Source: a virus
Lineage: Duplodnaviria > Caudoviricetes
Reading direction: 5' to 3' (one strand)
DNA length: 45,045 bases
Virus record (IMG/VR): IMGVR_UViG_3300019872_000004
Coordinates: 1-45,045 of that record
Notes under the pieces: generated by a model
Told to the model about the DNA's origin: nothing
Databases searched by the model: none
Seen by the model: the letters and a program-made list of their open reading frames with translations, nothing else
Shown here: positions 19,102 through 27,850 of the stretch, one piece after another
Numbering within the stretch: position 1 is the stretch's first letter
Layout: each line of letters opens with the position of its first letter
Program-made: the position numbers and the translations under genes

Positions 19102-19130
19102 TTGACACAGTGTGTATAGTATTGTATATT
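19102..19130 (+). promoter_or_regulatory. Sigma70-type promoter with conserved GTGTA spacer motif
   Basis: TTGACA-cagt-GTGTA...TG-TATATT, 17-nt spacer. Confidence 0.8.
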
Positions 19131-19170
19131 ATATACATGGTGATTGAGAGATTGCCGTAAGGAGTTTCAA

Positions 19171-19335
19171 ATGAACGCAGCCGAAATTATCGAACGATCG
19201 CAGACTAAGAAAGACTTTTCTAACCAGGAATGGCAGAACGGATTTGTGCACGGCGTTGACGGAACATCTCCGCGTAGAGAAACCGAGGAATACAAAAACG
19301 GTTACGCTCACGGATGCATGGCCGACACCGAATAA
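19171..19335 (+). CDS. Hypothetical protein (island 2)
   Basis: TAAGGAG RBS. Confidence 0.55.
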   Translation: MNAAEIIERSQTKKDFSNQEWQNGFVHGVDGTSPRRETEEYKNGYAHGCMADTE

Positions 19336-19405
19336 GCCGAAATGGTGATAGCAGCTCTTCGGAGCTGTAAACCGCAAGCCCCGTCTAAAGCCGAGGGCAA
19401 AAAGG

Positions 19406-19654
19406 ATGGAAAGAATGACCAGGAAATACAAGTGGACAGTAGAAATAACTGTTGACGAAACATGGGTAGCCGACGGCTTTGATCTACAAGATGGGCAGGA
19501 CGTAGCCGAGCGCCTGAAGGCTGGTATCTTATCCTACGCGACAAATGGTGAATTCACCGCGCGTGTTAAGACGGGCCCGGTCCGCGAACTTGTCGCAAAA
19601 GTACAAGGGTTTGATAGTGTTTACGCCATGGACAGTTCGAATAAAGGAAATTGA
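19406..19654 (+). CDS. Hypothetical protein (island 2)
   Basis: ORF with WTVEITVDETWVADGFDL, typical of small phage early proteins. Confidence 0.6.
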   Translation: MERMTRKYKWTVEITVDETWVADGFDLQDGQDVAERLKAGILSYATNGEFTARVKTGPVRELVAKVQGFDSVYAMDSSNKGN

Positions 19655-19740
19655 ATAAGCCGAAACGGGGTTCCCGCGCCCCGTCTGTGAGACCTGATCT
19701 ACTCACACTGAGGATGGCAGATCACAAAGGAGGATTGAGG

Positions 19741-19878
19741 ATGAAACGATGGGAAATAACAATCTATACCGAATGTGAAGCGGAAACCTACGATGAGGCT
19801 GTCGATAAAGCGCGTGCTTTGGCTGATGAGTTATCTGAACACGCGGTGTATGGATCGGTTGAGGAGGCCGAAGAATGA
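19741..19878 (+). CDS. Hypothetical protein (island 2)
   Basis: AGGAGG RBS before ATG 19741. Confidence 0.5.
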   Translation: MKRWEITIYTECEAETYDEAVDKARALADELSEHAVYGSVEEAEE

Positions 19879-20175
19879 AAATTGAAATATACCGCCGAGC
19901 GCGGTCGGTAACATCAAGTTTTTGTATACGTAAATCGGAGCGTGTTCTTACAGAAGGCGGCTATAAATGGTCGCACTACACGTGGCTGTTTTGTAACATT
20001 ATCACCGGGAGGAAGGAGAAATCATGAGTACAGCGTTACTTATCATATGGCCACTGTGCCAATACAGTTTACAAGATGATGGATTCGGGAATCTTGTACC
20101 TGATTGTAACTGGACAGCCGCTTTTTATTTTGCCTACGGGGCGCTAAACAGCTATGAAATGCCGGAGGTGAAAAA

Positions 20176-20406
20176 TTGAAAGTTTCCTTCGACGGAATCA
20201 GAAAGAACATTGCCCGGTCGTATAACGAGGTTGTACGCTGTTTTGTTGACGAAAGCGAGCAAGAAACAGAAGAAGCTCTTATGGAACTCCGGCAAAGATT
20301 GCGAGCCCTAATGGCTTGTTATGATCCAGAAAAGCAGCCGGAAGATTTCAACGATCTCGACGACATTATTATATTAACGAGTCTTCGGGATGACATAGAT
20401 GATTAA
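20176..20406 (+). CDS. Hypothetical protein (island 2)
   Basis: GGAGGT RBS and TTG start. Confidence 0.55.
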   Translation: MKVSFDGIRKNIARSYNEVVRCFVDESEQETEEALMELRQRLRALMACYDPEKQPEDFNDLDDIIILTSLRDDIDD

Positions 20407-20556
20407 ACCGCAGATCGAAAGGAGAAAGAAAATGTATGACTACATATTGAGAATGTTGGCTCACTGCGAAGCCGAATTGAAGCGAGCTGAATCAGAACGT
20501 AACCCGGTGCTTATCAACTACTATACCGCGAGGATTGAGGAGATGGAGGAAAACCG

Positions 20557-20955
20557 ATGAAAAAGATTGAGGTTCCAAACAGCGATATTATTAGCCAATG
20601 GTATTATAGCATTCCAGGCGGCTACAGTAAAAAGCTTGAATTCTACGACGTTTACACACGAGGTGTAAAGGCTGGCATTGACCACGCAAACGAGCAGCTT
20701 GCCGATACCACCAACGCCACATGGCAACCCACCCCCGATATGGTATGCGCGTTTTGGGGCGGTGGGCCCCAATGGGCCCACGCAACAAGCGTTTTTATCT
20801 ATAGAAAAACAGATGATGGTATCTACGTAGGTTGTATTAACGTTGGCGGAGCTAGGGAATTTATTTTTACCGGCGAACACGTAGCAGAACTCGATACCAT
20901 CGACGAAATCGGTAAACCGCCGAGTTATTTCATAGCTCGCGGCCGCTCAGCTTAA
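20557..20955 (+). CDS. Hypothetical protein (island 2)
   Basis: GGAGG RBS; converges on 20947-21441. Confidence 0.55.
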   Translation: MKKIEVPNSDIISQWYYSIPGGYSKKLEFYDVYTRGVKAGIDHANEQLADTTNATWQPTPDMVCAFWGGGPQWAHATSVFIYRKTDDGIYVGCINVGGAREFIFTGEHVAELDTIDEIGKPPSYFIARGRSA

Positions 20956-21441
20956 CCCATTCCCGACCCGACGCTTAACAACATTCTCCGGGTACTCGCC
21001 CCATTCAAAATCAACACCAGCGCCTTCAACGCTGGTGACTTTTATTCCACGCGCCGTAGCGATTCCGGCGAAGTACGCCATACTCTCCCGCTGCGCGAGC
21101 TGACCCGACGTGAGGCAGTCGCAACCGTTGACCATTATTTCGTTCACACCGAGTTCGATTGCGTGGCACATCATCCAGGCAGACGAGGAGCCGAAGACAC
21201 GGCCCCACCGTTTCAAATATTCATCCCGCGGCATTATAACTGCGCCAAGCAAACCCATATACGGGTACATGAGCCACGTCTGTGATGTGTTCGGCAACCA
21301 GTGCTCAACGAACTTATGCAAACTGAATATGAGGTCGTTAGACCGCCACGCCTTCGGCTCGGCGGTTGAGATCCACCACGTTTGATATTCAGGGTTCGGC
21401 GGCCGATGGTTCGGACCTCTTCCTACGATTTCAATTCGCAC
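20947..21441 (-). CDS. Uncharacterised Rossmann-like protein (Maf/sialyltransferase-like pattern)
   Basis: IEIVGRGP N-terminus and SSAWMMCHAIELGVNEIMVNGCD motif; overlaps portal stop. Confidence 0.5.
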   Translation of the reverse strand: MRIEIVGRGPNHRPPNPEYQTWWISTAEPKAWRSNDLIFSLHKFVEHWLPNTSQTWLMYPYMGLLGAVIMPRDEYLKRWGRVFGSSSAWMMCHAIELGVNEIMVNGCDCLTSGQLAQRESMAYFAGIATARGIKVTSVEGAGVDFEWGEYPENVVKRRVGNGLS

Positions 21442-22795
21442 CAGCAGCGTCCAAAGCGTCGATATACGTCGCTGTCAAAAATTGCTTGTATTTCGCGCCA
21501 CGATTCCATTGAGCTTCAAATATTTTGAAATCATTCTCGGTCGCGCTCGGATATTGCTGCAAAAATACCTTATGTACGAATTCCATTGGGGCGCCTGTTC
21601 CGATAAGAGCCGCGACCGAGGTAGCGAACCGTTCGAATATCTGCGACTTTGTATCCTCGCTCAACGCGCTCAATTCATCCCATGTAGTCGTAATGTCGTC
21701 TGATCGGACGACGCGCATCGAAGCAACGCCCTTGAGTATCAACGAATACCGGTACAGCGTCCGCCATGAGTCGGTATGCTGGCTCTGTTTTTTCTTGCAG
21801 AACTTGACGAGTATAGACATTTGTTCTTCGGCGCTTGCGTGGTTGCCGGTCGTTACGAGGCCCCAGCAGATTTCAGGGATCCCGGAGCCCTGTGGAAGAT
21901 TGTAGTAGGTGAGGTTCAAGAATTTCTCAAACTCTTCACCAGCGCCTTGCAAGAAAACAACTTCGGTCGACTCTTTATCTTTAAGGTTTATAACAAAGTC
22001 ACGCTGACCAATATCGAAATCAGAAAAGCTTGTTATATTATTTGTCTTTTTCCATTCTTCAACGTCTTGCGTTTCCTGGATCCACTTTGGCCTGAACTTA
22101 GACAGAGTTTCTGCCCAGTTCAGTTTTACATCGTGGTACGATTTCAAATCGGGGATTATTCTCTCGAGATCAGAATGACCTCGACGGCCCTCGCCATTTA
22201 TAAACGGCACCGGCATGATGCCGAACTGGTTCCTGAATGTTTCCGTAGGTAGCGATCCGCCGTAGCTGAAAACGACGCGATCCGGCTTGAATGATCTTTT
22301 GCGGTCGATAGTCCGTATGTCGTTCTCGGCAAACTTGTAGCTTATCTGCTCGGTAAAAATGACTTCCGTTATCTCTCCGGTCTTGAGGTCTTCGATAATG
22401 TCTGAGCACGAATCATCCGGTATTTCTTCCCATCGCAAGCGCCCGCCGGATATGGATGGATAAACCCAAACCGAACCACTGACATGTGATTCTGTGTGAA
22501 TGGCATCGAACCTGTTTTGAAACTGCTCGGTTATCTCGTCTATGACGTCCTGCGCGGTCTCGCTTGTTACAACTGGCCAGCCCATAAAAGCGACAGGCGT
22601 CGCGATTGGAGCATACGCGAGAGCGCCCGCGAGTTTGAAACCAGGATACGAATTGTGGAAAATGCCGCGAGCAAGGACGCCGTTTACTTTTATAGAATTC
22701 GTGAAATCAACTACGTTCGGGCGGCGCTCTATGGTTGTGACTGGATTGTGTGCGTCTTGATTCTGTTTCGAACGAAACCAACTAAATAAAGCCAT
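21431..22795 (-). CDS. Portal protein
   Basis: 454 aa between terminase and minor head genes; GHSDLERII and SGIPEICWG patterns. Confidence 0.75.
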   Translation of the reverse strand: MALFSWFRSKQNQDAHNPVTTIERRPNVVDFTNSIKVNGVLARGIFHNSYPGFKLAGALAYAPIATPVAFMGWPVVTSETAQDVIDEITEQFQNRFDAIHTESHVSGSVWVYPSISGGRLRWEEIPDDSCSDIIEDLKTGEITEVIFTEQISYKFAENDIRTIDRKRSFKPDRVVFSYGGSLPTETFRNQFGIMPVPFINGEGRRGHSDLERIIPDLKSYHDVKLNWAETLSKFRPKWIQETQDVEEWKKTNNITSFSDFDIGQRDFVINLKDKESTEVVFLQGAGEEFEKFLNLTYYNLPQGSGIPEICWGLVTTGNHASAEEQMSILVKFCKKKQSQHTDSWRTLYRYSLILKGVASMRVVRSDDITTTWDELSALSEDTKSQIFERFATSVAALIGTGAPMEFVHKVFLQQYPSATENDFKIFEAQWNRGAKYKQFLTATYIDALDAAGAN

Positions 22796-22828
22796 GACAC
22801 CAATATTAATCTGCTGACAGGCTTTGGT

Positions 22829-23494
22829 CTACCGGGCGTGAATTCTGTTTAAAATATCAGGATAATATTCTCACTCCCATTCTGTTCTTCCGAAACCATC
22901 GGCAGTAGATCCGGCAAGACTATGTGTTCTGATCTTATCTCTCGGCCATCTGCCGCCGCCGAGATAGCCATAGACAGGACAAAGCGGTAATTCATTTTGA
23001 TGGATATAGGCGAATATTTCTTGATTTTTCCAAAGAGAAAGCGGCCTGAAAGAAAAGTTGGATTCAAAACGGTACATTTTGTAAATCATAAGCCGCCTAC
23101 CCGATTCATCGTTACGAATACCTGTCATGCGATGACCGGAATATTTTTTTGCAACCGCCTTCCAATGTTTATCGCCTTTTCTAACTTCTGCATAATCGCA
23201 ACATTCCTCATGATAATCAATATTGAATCTCTCCAAGAATTCGCAGTCTGGGTTATGTCGATCATTGAATTTCACATAGACAAAAGGTATTTTTTGACCC
23301 GCCATAATCGACAGATGCATGAGCACAACGGAGTCTTTGCCCCAAGAAGTATAGGCTACTCCGTCGGTTCGCCAACTTTTGATAAGTGCTATGCTTTGTT
23401 TGGCATGCGAAACCGTTGATGCATTGTCCATATCCTCATAGTCCCGCCAAAGTTCGAGGTCTTCCGGTTTGTGCCTGTCAGTTACTATCAACAT
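22829..23494 (-). pseudogene. cysH: PAPS-reductase-family (CysH-like) protein of the type IV-B CRISPR-associated kind, with in-frame TGA near the C-terminus (ORF to 22871, read-through to 22829)
   Basis: SWGKDS PP-loop, TGIRNDES, RPLSLW..QEIFAYI...LPLCPVY; after GRTEWE* the frame continues EYYPDILNRIHAR*. Confidence 0.7.
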
Positions 23495-23649
23495 GGTATA
23501 GCAATCTCCTTAAAAGTCCCTGGATGCCAGTACGGTGGGAATGCTCCACCGAATCCCCTACGATAACCCGTCATATTTTGACAGTCCGCCCCACAGTAGT
23601 AGCAAACGAATGAACCTGAATCTAAAGTAAAAATCGAACTTGCAGTCAT
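23488..23649 (-). pseudogene. 53-aa Csf1(N)-Csf3(C)-like fusion remnant (not in ORF track)
   Basis: Hand translation MTASSIFTLDSGSFVCYYCGADCQNMTGYRRGFGGAFPPYWHPGTFKEIAIPC*; ATGA overlap upstream, overlaps cysH start downstream. Confidence 0.6.
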
Positions 23650-23870
23650 TCCGTGGACTTCTTTCGTTCCTCAACAGCGCGCCTATTATGACGCTGCGAG
23701 TTCGCCCGTCTGCATCCTGAAGAATACGCGACGAGAAAATCCGGGAAACTCATGTCACCGCGTTTTTTAAGTGCTGCGCGCGGGCGATTGGCATATCCGC
23801 ATTCGCCTATAGGTCCGTCCGACTGGCTGTACGAAAAATCGTTAGCCATGAAGTTTCTGCTCTCGCTCAT
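23646..23870 (-). CDS. Hypothetical protein (island 3)
   Basis: ATGA-coupled ORF. Confidence 0.5.
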   Translation of the reverse strand: MSESRNFMANDFSYSQSDGPIGECGYANRPRAALKKRGDMSFPDFLVAYSSGCRRANSQRHNRRAVEERKKSTE

Positions 23871-24058
23871 TCTAAAGCCGTCTTGAGTTCGGCGAGGGCT
23901 TCGGGTGACATTGTTTCTTTTAATAGAAAGGCAATTTCTGTAGCGTTTTGAGAACCAAAAAACTCGATGAGCTGTCCGCCGTTAAGGACCTGAACTATCT
24001 TGTCAAAGCCAATTTCATCTATGACTTTTTTGACATCGACCTCAATTTTTGCGCGCAT
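23867..24058 (-). CDS. Hypothetical protein (island 3)
   Basis: AGGAG RBS; coupled. Confidence 0.55.
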   Translation of the reverse strand: MRAKIEVDVKKVIDEIGFDKIVQVLNGGQLIEFFGSQNATEIAFLLKETMSPEALAELKTALE

Positions 24059-24281
24059 AAGCGATTCTCCTCTCTGCCTTCTTGGCCACTCGTTTCAGAT
24101 TCCGGTTCTGAAACCGAATGAACTCCGAAATTTTTGTCTCTCGCCATTTTGCCAAATATTTAGGACCACGAAGCCGTACCCAGAATCCCGGCTTGAGCTT
24201 CGCTGTATACTCGTCGAATTGTTTACGCGCGAGTTCTGATAACTGGCCACGAAGTGCTCGGAGCGCTCGTTTGATTTTCAT
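24042..24281 (-). CDS. Basic hypothetical protein (island 3)
   Basis: ATGA-coupled ORF. Confidence 0.5.
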   Translation of the reverse strand: MKIKRALRALRGQLSELARKQFDEYTAKLKPGFWVRLRGPKYLAKWRETKISEFIRFQNRNLKRVAKKAERRIAYARKN

Positions 24282-24919
24282 ACTATGCCAAATTCCTTAC
24301 ATTTTTTTGTTATCAACCTGTTTAATTCTGGCCACAAAACAACTTCTCTGATTATTTGACAATGTTTTGCCCACGAAGCAGCCCGATAAGCAGCCCGCGA
24401 AGAAGCCCGCGAAGCAGCCCACGAAGCAGCCCACGAAGCCCGATAAGCAGCCCGATAAGCAGCCCGATAAGCAGCCCGCGAAGCAGACCACGAAGCGGCC
24501 TCCGAAGCCCACGAAGCAGCCCGATAAGCAGCCCGCGAAGAAGCCCGCGAAGCAGCCCACGAAGCGGCCTCCGAAGCAGCCCGATAAGCAGACCGGCGCT
24601 CTGCTATACTTATGTCCTCGCCCATTGCATATCGTTCGGTTATCAAAAAAGGAGCTTTCGCATCTTCGGGCAAGATATCGAATACCGTTTTACTCCCGTC
24701 AATCATCGTTTCGCGAACGCACCGGACCGCTATTAAGGTCAATTTTCTCTGGTTATTATACCCTGTTTTTTCAAGCAGCCAGCACATCCAGTCCGGTCGA
24801 GCAAATTCAAACCATGCCTCTTTTAGGCTGACAAACTGTGTTACAAATTCCATGCCATCTGCACAGGCTATAGGGTTGGCGAATCTCTTATCTATCAGTA
24901 ATCGAAAATGTTTGTGCAT
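24278..24919 (-). CDS. Phage protein with Ala-rich AAxR/AASW repeat tract
   Basis: ACADG, RPDWMCWLL and AVRCVR motifs followed by tetrapeptide repeats; AAAGGA RBS; first gene after promoter. Confidence 0.7.
   Translation of the reverse strand: MHKHFRLLIDKRFANPIACADGMEFVTQFVSLKEAWFEFARPDWMCWLLEKTGYNNQRKLTLIAVRCVRETMIDGSKTVFDILPEDAKAPFLITERYAMGEDISIAERRSAYRAASEAASWAASRASSRAAYRAASWASEAASWSASRAAYRAAYRAAYRASWAASWAASRASSRAAYRAASWAKHCQIIREVVLWPELNRLITKKCKEFGIV
24369..24590. repeat. Degenerate 12-bp tandem repeat (about 19 units, e.g. GCCCGATAAGCA / GCCCACGAAGCA)
   Basis: Directly visible; encodes AAYR/AASW/AASR units on the minus strand. Confidence 0.9.
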
Positions 24920-24939
24920 TTAGAATTTTCCTTTCCTAA

Positions 24940-24968
24940 ACTGTACACCTAAATACACATACTGTCAA
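24940..24968 (-). promoter_or_regulatory. Sigma70-type promoter with conserved GTGTA spacer motif
   Basis: Minus strand TTGACA-gtat-GTGTA...TG-TACAGT, 17-nt spacer; heads island 3. Confidence 0.7.
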
Positions 24969-26317
24969 CCATATCTCGCGCCTATTTCTTTCCTGCTCTG
25001 TTCTGATATTTTCACCCGGTTTTTCGGCTGATATAAAGCGAGAAGTGTCGCGTCTGCTTTGTCCGGCGATTTTCCATGACGTTTCTTATATTCCTTCTTT
25101 GGCTCGATCTTTCTTTGATTTTTAGTGGTGTAATCGAAAAGCCTGTTCGTCAACTGCGCCATTAGTTCTATATCGTCGAAAAGCTCAAGCTCTGGATCAT
25201 CAAGGGGGAAATCGAACCATTGTTCATCAGCGACCGTGGTGTATTTGTCCTGGTCGTCCGCAGGCATTCCGTTTCGCACAGGTATAACGTTCGCGCCGAA
25301 CTGAAACCGGAGATAGTCCGTCACGCCGCCGCCTACCCCGTCGTCGTCGACTTTTATAGGAATCGATTTATCCCGTCCTGCGGCGTACCACGCACGATTT
25401 GCCGTCCTGATAATGTCCTGCTGTACAAACTCATCAAGCGCCGTTTGCCTCATGCCCTGAAATACCGAAATTATTGTCTTATCATCGCCGAATCGCGCCA
25501 CGTCTACACCGACCTGTTTCAAGCCGCCGGTTTTTCCTGACCGGCGCTCCATGGCTCGGCGTATGAGCACGCGAGACATAACCGCGTTTTGACCTTTCTT
25601 CCGAGGCTGCCCGCCGTATACATGTTCCCACAGATCAGCGTCGACAAGTTTCATTTTGTCAGATAACTTTTGAGCCGCGGAATTCCACCACGGGTTGTCA
25701 AGGCCCTCGGGCCGCATGTCCAGCAAAAGAGCGTCGGGGTCGTTCGAATATGGGATCCAAACCTTTTCAGCTATAGGATCAATTTCTGTTTCGGGGTTAT
25801 ATGCGAAAAACAGCCGCGCGCCGGCGGCTTTCCCGAGTAGCGGCAGCAATACGTCAAGCGAGTCGCCCGCGATAGTAGCAGCCTCATCGAGCAAAAAACG
25901 GTCGAAACCTTGCAAGCCCTTCGTATTCCTCGCGGCCCTCATATCCTTCAAACCCTTGAAAATCCATTTCGACCCGGCTGGTGACTCACAATACCCTTGG
26001 GACCGTGGAAACTTCCAACCCGGGTACCGAAGCTTGTCTACAGCTTCCTCAACGGCTTGATACAGCGATTCTTCAAGCGAGTCTTGAATCTCACGCAGAC
26101 ACGCTACACGGTGAAATTCCCGGTTTGACTCCTGAACGTTAAGCGATACCATACCCGTCGTCTTTGCGCCGGCAGATCGCCCGCCTCGCGCGCCAATGAT
26201 GTTGCCCTTGAAATTCCTAGCGAGTTCCATTTTCGGGCTCACCCGCTCCCGGTCCTCCTGCTCAAGCAGTTCGAGCAGTTCCGTTTCTGCCGCCACTCGG
26301 TCCAATATTTTTGTCAT
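24965..26317 (-). CDS. terL: Terminase large subunit
   Basis: GGRSAGAKT Walker A, CLREIQDSL, LLDEA Walker B, GVDVARFGDDKT and SPDKADA nuclease motifs. Confidence 0.95.
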   Translation of the reverse strand: MTKILDRVAAETELLELLEQEDRERVSPKMELARNFKGNIIGARGGRSAGAKTTGMVSLNVQESNREFHRVACLREIQDSLEESLYQAVEEAVDKLRYPGWKFPRSQGYCESPAGSKWIFKGLKDMRAARNTKGLQGFDRFLLDEAATIAGDSLDVLLPLLGKAAGARLFFAYNPETEIDPIAEKVWIPYSNDPDALLLDMRPEGLDNPWWNSAAQKLSDKMKLVDADLWEHVYGGQPRKKGQNAVMSRVLIRRAMERRSGKTGGLKQVGVDVARFGDDKTIISVFQGMRQTALDEFVQQDIIRTANRAWYAAGRDKSIPIKVDDDGVGGGVTDYLRFQFGANVIPVRNGMPADDQDKYTTVADEQWFDFPLDDPELELFDDIELMAQLTNRLFDYTTKNQRKIEPKKEYKKRHGKSPDKADATLLALYQPKNRVKISEQSRKEIGARYG

Positions 26318-26868
26318 AGCCCCAACTGTTTTTTCAATTCAAGGATCCGGTTAAGACGGTCCTCTCGGCTCATCGTCTGCCCCTGCTCGTTCGGCACCTC
26401 GCGCGATGGGTCACCATCAAGACCCATAAACTTTTGAAGCATAGCGAGCGCCGCCGCCTTACTGTGCATTTTTACTTTTATGCCATCCTTGGTCTGGCTG
26501 ATTTCTTCGATGCCGATTCGGACGGACTTAGGGAGTTTTCTGGTTATGGCGACAGCGACGTATTTTGATACCTGGCCGGTTTCTTCATCCGGCTCGGTCT
26601 CTTCGACGTTGACTATGTCGGTTGCATCAGAGAAGGCGAGCGCCGTGGTCTCGGCGATCCATTTGAGTTTCAGCTCGTCGAGGTTGGTGAGGGAATCGCG
26701 TATTAGTTTTTGGATATAGGCTTTGGTGTCGGCTTTAGCAAAAAGTACAGAGACACGGGTTTTCAGACCGTTTCCATCCTTGTAACCCGCATCTAAAGCG
26801 GCTTCCCTGCCGTTCCGGCATCCGTTTGCTACATAAATCTCACAGAAGACCCGTTGTTTTGCATTCAT
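26314..26868 (-). CDS. terS: Terminase small subunit
   Basis: KQRVFCEIY...NGREAALDAGY N-terminus; GIKVKMHSKAAAL; coupled to terL. Confidence 0.9.
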   Translation of the reverse strand: MNAKQRVFCEIYVANGCRNGREAALDAGYKDGNGLKTRVSVLFAKADTKAYIQKLIRDSLTNLDELKLKWIAETTALAFSDATDIVNVEETEPDEETGQVSKYVAVAITRKLPKSVRIGIEEISQTKDGIKVKMHSKAAALAMLQKFMGLDGDPSREVPNEQGQTMSREDRLNRILELKKQLGL

Positions 26869-27002
26869 GCTTATCTAAACTTACCCGCTTTGTCAAAGAG
26901 TTTCAAGGTATGTTTTTATAGCAATAATCGTGCCAAGAAGTATAGAAAAAACAACTAAATACTACTATTTTCGCTTAGTCAAATGGTTGTTTAACAATTT
27001 TA

Positions 27003-27398
27003 GTGTCAGGTTGGAGCGTTTGTGTCAGTTTGATTCCAAAGCCATTTTTAAAAATAAGTTGTTATGTTATATAGAAATGACTATTTTTTTGTGTCAGGTG
27101 TGTCAGTTTGATTCCAAAGCACTTAAATATATATAATACAAGTATTTAAGTCTATTTTGTGTCAGCTTTGTCAGGCTAAACAACTTACGCGCCCGCGCGG
27201 GCGCGCGCGGATGAACAATTTTTTGACGTGTGTCGCGCGCGCGCACCTGCATGGGGTCCATTTTACCTGACACACCTGACACAACTTTTTAATTCGTTAT
27301 GGTGTAAGTAATAAAAAAATCGTTGCCTGACACTCAGCCTGACACTAACCTGACACAAACTCGTAAGTTGTTGTGTGGTAGTAGTTTAAACCTGACAC
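27003..27398. repeat. Symmetric iteron-like array, probable replication origin
   Basis: Six (G)TGTCAG on the left and six CTGACAC on the right of an 18-bp GC palindrome (27188-27205); upstream of primase-helicase. Confidence 0.7.
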
Positions 27399-27565
27399 AA
27401 CTTTTTTGTTGACAGACAGCGTAGTATTGCGTATACATAGTTCGAGCACTCGCGCTGCTCAAACAAGACCGTTTGCACGGTCGGTGCCTGTGTTCGGACA
27501 AAATCGAACACGGGGCGCGACACCGACTTTGCAAACGGTTTTTTATTTCCCTGGGGGTTACACGC

Positions 27566-27850
27566 ATGGAACTTTGGCGAACGCATTTGCCGTACTGTCT
27601 CAAGGAATTGAAAAACGGATATTGGATATTACTAAATCGATTGTACAAACCTATTGGAGTTACAGACGGTTGGAAACACGTTGACTACGAAACACACGAG
27701 TCTAAGTTCAAATTTTCACGTCGACCGAAGTTACCGTTTACCGAAAATTCAAACGGTCTGAGCTACCATTTTTACAGGGACATTACGGGTCCGTTGACAA
27801 AAGAATATTTCAAAAGAATCGAGAAGGTATACAGCCGTATCATCAAATGA
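27566..27850 (+). CDS. Hypothetical protein
   Basis: MELWRTHLPYCL..LLNRLYKPIG; GGGGG RBS; ATGA-coupled to primase. Confidence 0.55.
   Translation: MELWRTHLPYCLKELKNGYWILLNRLYKPIGVTDGWKHVDYETHESKFKFSRRPKLPFTENSNGLSYHFYRDITGPLTKEYFKRIEKVYSRIIK

Noticed and set aside
22871-22873. Genome-wide TGA recoding
   Set aside because: Many genes end in TGA with ATGA coupling and core genes are unbroken in the standard code, so this is a local stop
24369-24590. Possible CRISPR array near the csf/cysH relic
   Set aside because: Units are contiguous 9-12-bp coding repeats with no unique spacers; no repeat-spacer array was seen anywhere in the window
24356-24831. Plus-strand SSPR/KQPA repeat ORFs and the minus-strand GCF ORF (24297-24560)
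   Set aside because: Alternative-frame shadows of the repeat; the 24278-24919 frame has the promoter, RBS and gene coupling
26930-27684. Short ORFs across the origin region
   Set aside because: They run through the iteron repeats and lack RBS or protein-like features, so the region is treated as non-coding
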